Shown here piece by piece: positions 26,975-38,532 of a stretch of 64,000 nt of DNA. This stretch comes from Camelus dromedarius. Its lineage: Eukaryota. The stretch covers positions 112,346,001 to 112,410,000 of the forward strand of contig NC_087437.1 of assembly GCF_036321535.1 (NCBI RefSeq), written 5' to 3'. The notes under the pieces were generated by a model. That model was not told the DNA's origin, ran no database searches, and saw only the letters and a list, made by a program, of their open reading frames with translations. Position 1 is the first letter of the stretch, and each line of letters opens with the position of its first letter. Both the position numbers and the translations under genes were made by a program.

Positions 26975-28390
26975 TGTTGTTACTGAAAACTCAGCCTCTG
27001 CACCCTGAAAAGCGAATTCCATCTCAGAAGCAGAGTTTTGGGAGCAAAGAAAAGAGCAATTTAATTGCTTTGCCCGGCAAAGGGAGTCACAGCAGGCTAA
27101 CACCTTATAGGCTGTGAGCCCATCTTGGGGCTGGGGTCTTCAGGTTTTCTAGAAAAACTGGATGGAACAGAAAAGGTGGTAACCTGTGCCAATTTCCTCT
27201 TAACCTCTGTGAATCTTCCGGAGGAACTCCGAAGGCTCTATCCAGAGGTTATCAGCCTGTTATCTGCTTCCTGGAGTTTAGTCTCGGGGTTAAAGTTATT
27301 CTCAGTAAAGAATTAATCAGCAAACAGTTTCGCATCAGGGAAGTCAGTTTCTTAGTCTGCTTTATACTGCTTCGTTGCAAGAGTACAAGCACAGAATTTT
27401 AAATGTGACTCTTGCTGTTCCCTAAACAATCTCCCTAAGCTGAGACGAGCATCCTCAGAACAGAAGCCAGGTGACTTACTCACTGCAGTTCCTAGCACCT
27501 GTTTTATGAGTCCTTTTTGACACATTGTCATAGCCCTCGTCTTAGTCAGTTGGAGCTGCCATAACAAAATACCATAGACTGAGGGTCTTCAACAACAGAA
27601 GTCATTTTCTCACAGTGATGGGGCTGGCCGTCTGCGACCAGGGAGCCAGCATGATCAGGCTCTGGTGAGAACTCTCTAGCTGGTAGGAAATGTGAACTAA
27701 AATGGAGTTATTTATGTTAAGGGGTTTTTTAATGGAGCCCTGGGGCCATTAAGGAGGTTGATCTTTCACACGTCCTCACCAAGTGGAACCATAAACCTTT
27801 GAACTGAGCCAAACCATAAATATTCCAAGGAGTCTGAAAGAACACCTGCCCCTTGTCACAGTAAGGAACTCATCCTCCTCTAGTGACAGTTTAACCCTCA
27901 CACGCGTGTAGCCAAGACTAGCCTCTGCCTCCAACTTCCATTAAAATTCTTTGTGATGCAAATTTCCCTTCTTTGCCTTTAGAAGCCCCTGACTTTTATT
28001 TAATCAGACACTAGGTTGCTACTGTAAACTCTGAATTGCATTTTTCTGGTCTCAAATGAACATTTCTTTTTAAAAAAAAAAAAAAATTTTAATGGAGGTA
28101 CTGGAGATTGAACCCAGGACCTCTGTCATACTAAGCATGCACTCTACCACTGAGCTATACCCTCCCCGACTCCCCCCCCCCCAAAATAAATACTTTTTGC
28201 TTGATTATTGCCTCCTAGGTTTATTTAGGTTGACACTGGCTTGCAGAAAAGTCACTAATCCCAACATAGGGGCCCCAGCCTCATGACCTCACCTAACCCC
28301 AGTTACCTCCCAAAGGCCCCACCTCCAAATTTCATCACAGGGTGGGGCTAGGACTTTAACGTATGAATTTGGGGAGGACACATTCTGTCT
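26975..28390. mobile_element. Nested LTR cluster (ERV-like LTR, MLT1 on - strand, inner LTR and SINE)
   Basis: tgttactgaaaac... LTR-like start; gctgccataacaaaataccatagactg...ttacctcccaaaggccccacctccaaat MLT1 pieces split by inserts. Confidence 0.55.
28087..28167 (-). mobile_element. tRNA-derived SINE (Vic-1-like)
   Basis: tggaggtactggagattgaacccaggacctc...ctaccactgagctataccctcccc. Confidence 0.85.
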
Positions 28391-29726
28391 ACAACACCCC
28401 TTCTCAAAACATACACCTCTGTGGGTGTGTGTGTGTGCACGTGTGCATGCACACAGAAGAAGGCCCTCGTTTCTCCCAGACAGACACACAGTATACATCT
28501 GACAAGAGATTCCAGTATACATTTTCCAAACAAAAAGAATAACAGTAATCAAATCATAATATGTGTTTTTTCAAAAATTCACATATGTTTTAAAATAAGG
28601 GGAATCACAGTAAACAAGGTAAAGAAAATATCTGAAAGAGTATTCATATAAATCTGCAAAGAAAGAGAGTTAGAATAGTAAGTGTTTTTACTTTTTAGGA
28701 TATGTAACAAAATTCTTTTAATTATATAGTGCTGATTTCCCTCATGAGAAATTATTGAACTGGGGTCTGAGGGGAACTACTGGTGGTTCTTGGAGGTGAG
28801 ATTTTTCATGATTTTTGGCCCAGAGAAGGTGTATAGTGAAGGAGGCTGGGAGCAGGCTAAGCGACGTGGCTGCGAGGGAGACTGGGAACCAGAGTTTTCT
28901 GGAAGGGGGAGTACTCAGAAAGCTGAGAATTCTGCAGATATACTGAGGGTATTCAAAACGTGCTGAACAAGACCACTGTCATGACTCCAAAGGTTTGTAA
29001 TGAGGATGGAATGGTGACATTGGGCAAGTCTCAACAATGGGACCAAGTAGTGTAGGAAGGTGTGGGCATGACTCCCGATTTGCTCACGGTGCTTGTGGTG
29101 ACTCAGCAGAAGCCCCGTCTGACACTTCCTGGCTGCACTTAGCAGATTCACAGCAGCCACCACCCAGCCTGAGCCTGCATGTTAATGAACCACTGCTACT
29201 CAGGTCCAACCTGCCAGATTTTTCTTGGAAGTCTACAGGACCCAGAAGGCAAATTTAAACACAGAAAGATAATGATGCAATCTTAATCTTTCCCAAAAAC
29301 TGGGATCCATTTGCGTTTCTCTGAATTACAAAACCCGAGAGGCTTCATGACACAAATTCTGCCCTGACAACTCCTGAAGACATTTCCCACCCGCCCCTCC
29401 CAGTTCCCACAGACAGCTTCCTGAAGCCCCGGCCTGGAGATGCTGGGGCTTTCCCAGGGGACTCGCCAGGGGAAGGAACATTAAAGCTTTGGTATTTACC
29501 TAAAATATAGACATAGTTTCTCTCTATAAAGGGATTAAAAGGGCCTGTAAACTTCCTCCTCCCTGTCCATTCTCTCTTCTCCCTGCCAAATTCCTAGATA
29601 CTATCCATCCATGCTCTGTTTTAGAAAGAAATGAAATGCAGATTGTCCTGTTTTGTAACAGTCATTCCTGCAAGGGGACTTTCATAGGTGGGAGTAGAGG
29701 AGCAAAGGGGTGTGTCTTTTGGCTTC

Positions 29727-29850
29727 CCAGTACCTCCATTAAAAACAACAACAAACAGTGGGGGAGGGTATAGCTCAGCGATGGTGCCCATGCATAGCAC
29801 ACACTGGGGTCCATCCCCAGTGCCTCCACTAAAACAACAACAATAACAGG
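29727..29850 (+). mobile_element. Vic-1-like SINE inserted in the tail of a 5'-truncated SINE
   Basis: cccagtacctccattaaaaacaacaac followed by ggggagggtatagctcag...cccagtgcctccactaaaacaacaac. Confidence 0.7.
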
Positions 29851-32800
29851 AGTATTCTTTTAGGGATTGGCCTTTATGGCAGCCTCACTGGGGAAGCAGA
29901 AGTGCACTTGCAGGGAACTGAAAGGAGGGCGCTGGGGCCCATCATGGACACAGTGAGGAGACAGGATCTTAGATGAATGTGTCCTTTTACTTACGTGCTA
30001 GTCCCTCTGACCCTGCTGCTGGAATGGCTTGGAACAGAGGCCACCCACTCAAGGCCCCGCTTAGCAACGCTCAGGACCTACTTTGTGTTCAGAGTTCTTG
30101 CTGCTCTGCTTGATTCGATGGGGGGCACTCATCCACCTACACTTTGGAGGTGCCCGTCTCAGCGGAGCTCAACAATGCCAGGAGATAGTGTTGAACAGCA
30201 GAAGATGGTAGTCGGGGATGGAGACAAAGTTCTCAGAGGTGGAAGCTCAGACAAGAGAAGGGGTTTTACAACTTAGATCATGAGGATGGGGAGGGGAGAA
30301 GAGGGTGAAGGAAGGAGGGGGAGTGCATAGGTTAGGGGGACAGCCTGGGAAGAGAAGTGGCACACACATGGCCTTCCTGAAGTACATCTGCAAAGACTCA
30401 CGGATGATGGAGGGATGAATTAGTAGTATGAGATTAACGACACACACTACCACACATACAACAGATAAACAACAAGGATTTACTGCGTAAGTACAGGGAA
30501 CTATATTTAATATCTTGTAATAAACAATAACAGAAAAGAATTTTTTAAAAAATATATGTATATATACAATGAAATAAAATTCATATTTTTATGGCAAAAG
30601 AAAACATTTAAACATAAAAAAATTCTTCTCTGTTCTTGGCCTCCTCTCTCACTGTGCACTGTGTATCTGCATTATGCATGGACCAGACCTCCCCCATTAG
30701 CAGAAATATCTTCTCAGCCATAAACAACAGCATTCTCCTCGCATCAACAAGACAACTCCTTAGAAGATAACATTCCTTCTTGAGCTTGTAAGAGGTCACG
30801 TGACCCACCAGGATGATGCTTAGATCTGGGTTATGTAAACTGTCAATAATACATCATTTGATGTACAGCCCTTTGTCTCAAAAAACATAAAACTGTGCCT
30901 TGATTTCTACCCGGCAGAACAGTTCTCAGAGCTTTCTGAGATGCTCTTCCCGGGTTATAATCCCCAAATTTGACACGAATAAAATTTTCCATTTCTTTCT
31001 TAGATGGACTGATTAATTTTTTGTCAACTACACATAACTGAATCACTTTGCTGTACACCTGAAACTAATACAATGTTGTAAACCAACTATACTTCAATTT
31101 TTAAAAATCCTTAAAGACTTACAGATGGAACAGCAGAGTCCTGTGGGAGACTTCAGAAAGTATGATCAGGTGGGCAGAGCCAGGCCTGATTATGGAGAAA
31201 CTGAAATGGCAGGATTGGAAGTTTGGTGTGAGATACAAGAGGCTTTGGACCTAGACAGGGCTGGCTAGGAGCTCACCCCACCACATATGGGCTGTGTCAG
31301 CTGGGGGTACAGTCAGTCAGATTTTGATGAGACAGGCAGAACCACTATGCAGTGTATCTGCGTGTGTGTCTGTGTTAGGGATGTGACCTTAAGAAATTGC
31401 AAGAGTTGGCTACACAGTCTACGTGAGACTCTTTTTTTCTGTGTCTGGTGTTGGAGCCTGACGTTCTCAGGGAGGAGGCTGGGAAGAGAAGATGGACAAG
31501 AGGAAGAGGATGCAGGGACAAGGGGAAACCCTCATCTCGCCATCTCCAAGCCTCCAGCAGGGTGTCCTGCAGGAAAAGCTGGCATCCTTTGCTGGGAAGC
31601 TAAAGCTAAACACACACCTGGCCCAGGAGATGGGGAAGCTGTAGCAGAGGATGCAGCAGGTGCTAGAGAATCTACAGTCCTAGCTGCTTCCCAGGACACT
31701 AGCAGATAAGCCATGATGTTGTGAGCTTCAGCAATGCTCCATGCCCTGCCCCAGCCTCCTGAGAGTAAAGGAATGTGGCTGAATCTTCCCTTCTACCTTC
31801 CACATCCTATCTTAAAAAATCCCCCTTGGCCCATGGTGACTCAGAACTATGAAAGGAGGGGAATTCTAGTTATGGCTTCACTAGACAGATACAGTACAAG
31901 TCCACAGCAGAGCAAGTTACTTAATTCTCTGAGTCTTGGTCCTCACCCGAGAGATGGCTCTCGTGACCCCCCGAAGTGTGAGGACCGAGCGGTCTGACAT
32001 AGCCAGAAGCACTCCTGGCTTCTCTCTCACCCCTCATCCACCCTCCTGAGGGAGGGGAGGTAAGCCCCTCTAGGTGATTAGCTTGAGGAAAACATTTCAG
32101 GAAGATCAACTGGCCAGAAGGTCGCAAGTTCACAGGAAGGGACTGGGTGATCCAGGTTTTGTAAGGTTGAAGTTTATATACCATGTTTATACAACATTTG
32201 TAAAAGAATACACAATTAAGAGTACAAAATTAGGTACAAAAGTATTTACTTAGAATGAGAAAATAAATCAAAAGTTACAAAATTTCAAAAGCTGCCAAAT
32301 ACCACTAACATCACAAAATTCAGAAAAATAAAATATTTGTACCAGCTAACTGGCTGACATACCTCTCTAATACTCTCTAACAGGCATTTCTGTTTAGGTA
32401 CTCTTTGCCTCTCCCTATGACAACCTTTTAAAATATGCTCTACAGAAAGAATAAAAAGTTAATTCAGTTTTTCCTCGAGAATGATTTATCAAAATGTTTC
32501 TTCTTTTCGACAATTTAGAAAAGTTTCTTTTAACTTCACAATTTGCTGTTGATATATAAAGTCAAGACTTTTCTGGAAAACACCGCCGCCACTGCCAACA
32601 GCAGCCTATGTGAGAAGTGTCAAAGGAGAAGTCAAAGAGGAAAGAGACAGAGGTCTGAACGACTGTGGCTAAAATCGCTTACTTGGCAGATTTCACAAAA
32701 GCATATGACCAAGTGAACACAGTGCGGGGAACCCCTTGCAAGGCCGGGGAGGAGGCTGTGGAAAGGAGGGCCACTGAGGTGTAAGCACTCAGCAGTTTCT

Positions 32801-33188
32801 CAGTAAACCTGCCTACAAAGAGGGAGGAGCTGCAGATAGGAATCCACTTACAGGTCACATGCAATAACCAAAAGTATTGCATGATGCTCTGTGGGGTAAG
32901 ATGGAACCAGATAAAGGCAGTAGATGCTAGACCTCTTTCGCAAGAAATTTCAGCAAGATTGACTGCCTGTTCTCTTCAGATTGAGGATTCCGTGGAAGAG
33001 TCATCCATCCATGACTTCAAAGTCTTCTACCCAGGAGGAAGAGGAAACCGAAATGCCAGCCACTGGAAACTGGCCTTTTGATGGCAAGCAGCCTTGGAGT
33101 TGGGGAACAGTTACTTACTCTTGATGCAGGAAAACAGATGTGGGGCTCGGGGAGGGCTGTATTTCAGGTCTCGGTTGAGCCCATGGGA

Positions 33189-33755
33189 TGTACCCCGCCA
33201 AGTGTGGGTCCTTGGCTTTGCGCAGGAAAGAATTCAAGAGTGAGCCACAGTTGAGTGAAGGTAGATTTATTCAGAGAGATACATTGAAAGGCAAGAGAAA
33301 GGCCACGAGGTGTGGGGGTTGGGTGCTCAGATTAAAAGTAGGTACACACTCCACAGAGAGAATGTGGGCCATCTTGGAAGAGGGAGAGGGGCAGCCACTA
33401 GGTGCCGAGCCCGCTAGTTTTTATAGGCTTGGTGGCTTCATATGCTAATAAGTGGAAGGATCAGTCTAAGTAGCTTGGGGAAGGGGCTGGGATTCCCAGG
33501 AAGTTGGCCATTTCCTACTCTTTGACCTTTTGTGGCTAGCCTTGGGACTGCCATGGTGCCTGTGGGCGTGTTACTTACCATGTTAATATATTACAATGAG
33601 CGTATAAAGAAGCTCAAGATCTGCTAGAAGTTAAATCTCCCACCATCTTGAGCCTCAAGGCCTACTGGGGGTTGAATCTTACCATTTTGATGTTAATTGC
33701 TGTAGCATTCCTTGAATGGCTGTGCCCCTGTCCCCTTCCCATCTCACTCTGACAC
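33189..33755 (-). mobile_element. ERV LTR-like element
   Basis: tgtaccccgccaagtgtgggtccttggct...gatttatt...ttttatagg layout typical of reversed ERV1 LTRs; no clean TSD; ends approximate. Confidence 0.6.
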
Positions 33756-34230
33756 TGTGTGCTTGAGGTGACAGCAGGATGCCTCTCTGAGTAGTGAACT
33801 GGGTGTGCTCCTTCTAGCGTCTGCCAAGGATTGTCAGGAAAACACAAACCCTCTTTTTAGCAGAGAAGACCTTTGGAGGGAGATTCTCCAGCGGAGGAGA
33901 AAAAAGTACTCCCGGGGTTTTGCATGTACTCCTCAAAGACCACAGGGTTCACCGTCACTGCTCCTGAGAACTCTAAATCAAAGGCGATCATAAGTCTTCC
34001 CTAGCCTGGGCCGGGACACAAGCACATCTGTCCTTTTCTTTCACTTGATGTTTCTTTCCTGATTATAAAAGGAAAACATACCCACTGGGGAAAAAGAGAA
34101 AAGCATTAAAAAAAAAAGAGAAAGAAAACAGAAATTCACATCAGTGTTTTGGCGTACTTCCTCCAGTCATTTTCAATGTGTCATTTTCGCAAAGATTCTG
34201 ACTTATACCCTGCTTCTTTGACAAATGTAT

Positions 34231-34640
34231 TGTTACGGAAATGACAGGCCAGCCAAGAAACAAGCACCACTCGGAGGGTTGGAGTACTCAGATTTATTAT
34301 GCCGGTGGGCTCAGAGGGGCTTCTGCTCCGAAGCTCTGAGCACCTCCAAGACATGCACATGTGGTTTTATAGGGTTAATTACAAGTATGGGGCTATTAGC
34401 CAATAAGGCTCAAACAACAAAAAGCAAGGAATCAGTACACTGGAGCTTATCAATTTGGAACAGATCACGTTACTGACACTTGTTGAGCTTGGATTTACGA
34501 GTTAGCTTGTTAGCCCAGTAAACTGACACTAAACTTCAGATTTATAAGTTAGCCCAGCAGAACTTAGAACAGTAAACTGACACTTATCACACTTAGATTT
34601 GTGACTTAGCTTGTTAGCCCAGCTGGGCTTTTCCTTCACA
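34231..34640 (-). mobile_element. Solo ERV1-type LTR with 4-bp TSD
   Basis: TG...CA termini; GTAT at 34227-34230 and 34641-34644; minus-strand AATAAA (tttatt ~34293); internal tandem repeats. Confidence 0.8.
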
Positions 34641-35624
34641 GTATAAACACGTCTGTCTTGAAAAACTCATTCAAAGCATCATTCAAATACTGCTAGATAT
34701 TTCGTCACACATTTTTACAACAGTGGCTAACTGCAAAAGAGATCTATAGTAAGGAAATAAAATGCAGAAGGTCCAAAAGTAAAGCTTGGCGTTGCCAAAC
34801 ATTAGGCTGCCAAGTAGTCCAGCAGGCTCCGATAACCCTCTTCTTTCATTCTTGGTCTTCCAGCCAATCATTCCCTTTTTTGCCCCCTTCCGTCCCTTCT
34901 GAGCTCGGTTTAAGCTGCATCTTGGGAGAACAAAAGAGACTCACATCCTTGCTAGCATCAAACTGGAGAGAGCGCAGCCTCAGACTCTGAGAGCAGGCCT
35001 CCTCCCTACCTCCCCCCGCACCCACCGGCTCCTGAGGTTCCGCCCTCATACACTTCATAGCCTGAACCAGGGCCAAACCCACAGATCATTACGAAATGTA
35101 GGGCATTTCTCTCTCCTTCCGCGTTGCTGCGCGTCCACTGTCCCGCGAAGCCCCTCTCCTTCCTTCACCAGGCCCTTTCAAACTACTATACGCTTAAAAC
35201 TATTTTCCAAAAAGGGTCAAGAGCCGAATCCGTACTTAAGATACTAATAAGCAGGCAACAGTTTAAACGTAAGGGAGGAATGGCCGAATTGTGTGACCCC
35301 AGGCATCAGGGAGAAGAGGAGGTGGGGTGCGGGTAGGGGGCTCCACAAGAGCCCCGCCCCGGCCTTGGGATTCACGGGTTCTTCCAGAGGGGTCGCAAGC
35401 TCCCCCAGTCGTGGCGTCCGGCGGGGTCCGCCCTCCTCGGGGCCAGGCCCAGGCCGGCCGGCTCTGCGCTGGCTCAGCGCTGGCTCGGCGAGGCCGGCCT
35501 CGGCGGGGTCCCGGCTCGGGCGGCCGCAGAGGAAGGCCTGGGCCGTGCTGGGCGCTCGGGCCGAGGGGAGCCGTGCGCCCCGGGCTGCGGTTCCCAGGAG
35601 CGCAGGCGGGGATGGGGGGCGCGA

Positions 35625-35634
35625 GGAAAGTCCC
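35625..35634 (-). promoter_or_regulatory. Canonical NF-kB site (GGGACTTTCC)
   Basis: GGAAAGTCCC on + is the exact Ig-kappa kB decamer, ~280 nt upstream of the ATG, next to GC boxes. Confidence 0.7.
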
Positions 35635-35812
35635 TGCGGCGGGCGGGGGCGCAGGAGCGCGGCGGCTTCTCCGCGCGGGGCGGGGCGGGGCGCGGCGCCG
35701 GGAGGGGCCGGCCTGGGCGCGGAGGCCGAGCGGGGCTCCCTGTTGCCCGGGACGCGCCGCCAACGCCGCCTCCGCTCGGGAAGAGGCGGGCCCCGCGCGC
35801 CCTGCGCCCGCC

Positions 35813-35836
35813 ATGGCCGCCTCAGTGGCGACGTGA
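35813..35836 (+). other. Candidate uORF MAASVAT* upstream of the IFNGR2 ATG
   Basis: gcccgccATGG strong Kozak context; ATG GCC GCC TCA GTG GCG ACG TGA; only a uORF if the TSS lies upstream of 35813. Confidence 0.5.
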
Positions 35837-35914
35837 GCGGCTTGGCGACCCCGTGCCGGGGCCAGGCCGCGCCCAGAGCCGCCGCCGAGCCTGCGGCGCC
35901 CAGAGCCCCGGGCC

Positions 35915-36005
35915 ATGCGGCCGCCGCCGCCGCCACCGCCGCTGTGGCTGTTACTGCCACTGCTGCTGTGGCTCAGCGGCTGCGGCGCAGCGGCGCCCCC
36001 GGCAG
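35915..36005 (+). CDS. IFNGR2: IFNGR2 exon 1 coding part (signal peptide)
   Basis: ggccATG at 35915; MRPPPPPPPLWLLLPLLLWLSGCGAAAPPA; donor CAG|GTAAGC at 36006, phase 1; lies in CpG island. Confidence 0.93.
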
Positions 36006-38532
36006 GTAAGCAGGGCCTGGGACCGACCCCCGACGCCCGACGGAGGCGTCGTCGCACGGGTAGGAGTCCGCGGGGAGCCTCGGCATGTGGGGGATCCATG
36101 GGAACCCCGATCGGTTAGATGTAAACGGGGTGTTCCTAGCGGGTGGGGGTCTGCAGGGAGTCCCGATCGGTTGAGGGTCTGCAGGGCTGCCCCGATCGGC
36201 TGGGGTCTGCGGGCAGTGGATAGGGGCCAGCAGGGAGCTAAGCGGGTGTGGGGTGGACGGCGCGGGGCGGGGAATTCCGGGCAGCCTCGGGGCTAGGAGC
36301 TGCCGCAGCCCGAAGAGCCGCGGGACGGCCGGAGCCCCACCCTGCTCCTTGTCTCCCACCCCCGCGCCTCCGCACCCCAAAACTAACCCGGCTGACCTCT
36401 CCGCATTTCTCAAAATGAACAAAGAAAAAATCGAATCCAGGGCTGGAGAAAAGGCTGCCCCTACCGTCCCCAGACGATTCTCCTGGGCCGCCTGAATGTA
36501 GCCTCTGCCTGGAGTGACCTCCCCACTGGCCTGAGCTAGAAGCCCGCTCCCAGGCCTGCCTGCCTTCCAGCTTCGTGCCACGAAGGCCAGTCATATGCAG
36601 AGACCTCCGTCTTGGAGGTCGCAACCGTAACTCAGTGTTACTGTGGCCAGGTGTGTTTGATAGCGGGTGTGACCTCCAGATGGTCAGCTAGATGGGAAGC
36701 AGCACTCAGGACAGGACCCAGAAAAGTCCGGACCCCCAGTTGTGTTGCCTATAGGGGGTCAGCGGAGCCAGACTTTTAATCCCAGCGTTGCTCCCATCTG
36801 TTCAGTCCCTTACCTGAGCTCAGCCTCCTTACCTCTGACTCTAACTGACCACAGGTAAAAGCCAAATATAAAAATCACCGGCTCCTGTACTCAGGAAGGA
36901 AGGGAGGGAGGGAGGGAGGAAGAAAAGAAAAAAAAATATAAAGACCTCAGTGACAGATGGACGTAGGAGAACATTCTCTCTGTGCATGTGTATGTGTGTG
37001 TGTTTTGCTGGGCTCTTTCCCATAGAGAGGCTGATATCACTGGTTGGGTAACACTTAAAAAGTCTCAAGAATTTAGAAGTTTCCTCCCACTTGAAATCTC
37101 AAGGTGTTGTTTGGGTTTGTTTCTTCTACCAGCCAGCATCCCTTACAAAAGCCCTTAAATTCCTCAGGTCCTTGACAAGAGGGGCCTTGCATGTGAGGAT
37201 AAGTGCTCCTGCTTAAATGGCAGCTCCTCCCTGAGGGTCAGACAAATAAGTTTGAATCCTGACTCTACTGCTCCCCAGCTTCAAGTCTTGAACAACCTAT
37301 GTCTGCCCCTTCCCTGGGCCTCCTTCCGATGAGATTTGAACATTGGTAAAATGTTGGTAATTGCCCAAGCTGGGTGATGGCAAGTGGTGCCTTATACTAG
37401 TGCTGCTCCCAATTGGTCTGTAAACTTTTTGTGACTTTATTTTGTTTGTGACTTGTCTGCCATGACTCCAGAGGTTGGGAGAAGTATTTAGAAACTTTGC
37501 AATTTGATATTGCTGCAATACCCATGAGCATGTCCATCTTTCTAGTGATGACCTTTCACTGTAGTCTGCAAAAGTCTGGGTCTGTGGGATGCATGGTGAA
37601 TAATCTGGTCCTTTATAGATCCTTTGCAAAGCAGCACCACATTATACTACCAAGTAGCTGAAATACATGGTGGCAAATTCTATAAAAGATAGTAATGGCC
37701 ACCATTTATTGGGTCACTCTTCTAAATCAGACGAGGTGTTAAGTGCTTTATATACATCATCTCTCTTAATTTTCTCTCCCATTCTTTGAAAGTAGGTCAT
37801 AGCCCCGTTTTACTCCTGAGGAAACCAAACCATCCTCTTTCGCAGAAAAGGGTTATATGTCCACCTAGGGAGAGTTACAGTTCCTCCTTTACATACAAAG
37901 AAAAATATGTTAATTTTAAAAATGCTTCATTGATCAAAAAAAGGGCTAAGAGCTGTAAAGGAAGAGACAGGTGGTCTAGGTAAATAAGGTGATGTCCAGT
38001 ATTTACTGACGGGAGCGACTTCTGGTTGTGGGTGAGGACTCAGGGAATGTGTTTTGACTTCTGCTCGCCTGCCCGGTGCTGGAGGTGGGATCACTGATGT
38101 TCATCATAGTGACCCATCCATGGAAAGATCCTGAAGGGTCTTAGATTGTCAAGATTGAATGATTAACTTTAATGTTAGTTGTACTTTATTTTAGTATCTG
38201 TGTATGATGTGTTAATCAAACTAAGTTCTTCAGACCCAGAATAGCCAATTCTTAAAAACATGTAAACTCTCAAACATTCGGATCCAGGGTGGATCAGAAG
38301 TGGCCAGTTGAGGCCAGAATGTGGAACAGAAAGAGCTGTGAGATGCGGAGGACACACTTGACATCTACCTAGGTTCTGTCTTCTAACCATTAACAGTTAA
38401 TGAACCATGGCCCCAGAGACCATGGAAAAGGAAGGTCGAGCGAGGCTGTGTACACCCTGCTTGGGACTGTGAGCTTTTATCACGTTGGAGCTGGGGTGTC
38501 ATTAAAGGTGTGGTATCCATCTCCAGGGACCG

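Larger units (their letters stand above)
35330..36400. promoter_or_regulatory. CpG island / TATA-less promoter of IFNGR2 with GC boxes
   Basis: Very GC- and CpG-rich stretch around exon 1; tandem GGGGCGGGGCGGGGCG Sp/KLF boxes at ~35677-35692 and GGGCGGGGG at ~35641; boundaries approximate. Confidence 0.9.

Noticed and set aside
35244..36624. Many long overlapping ORFs (up to 278 aa)
   Set aside because: Stop-poor CpG island; Ala/Arg/Gly/Pro-biased; only 35915-36005 fits a spliced gene
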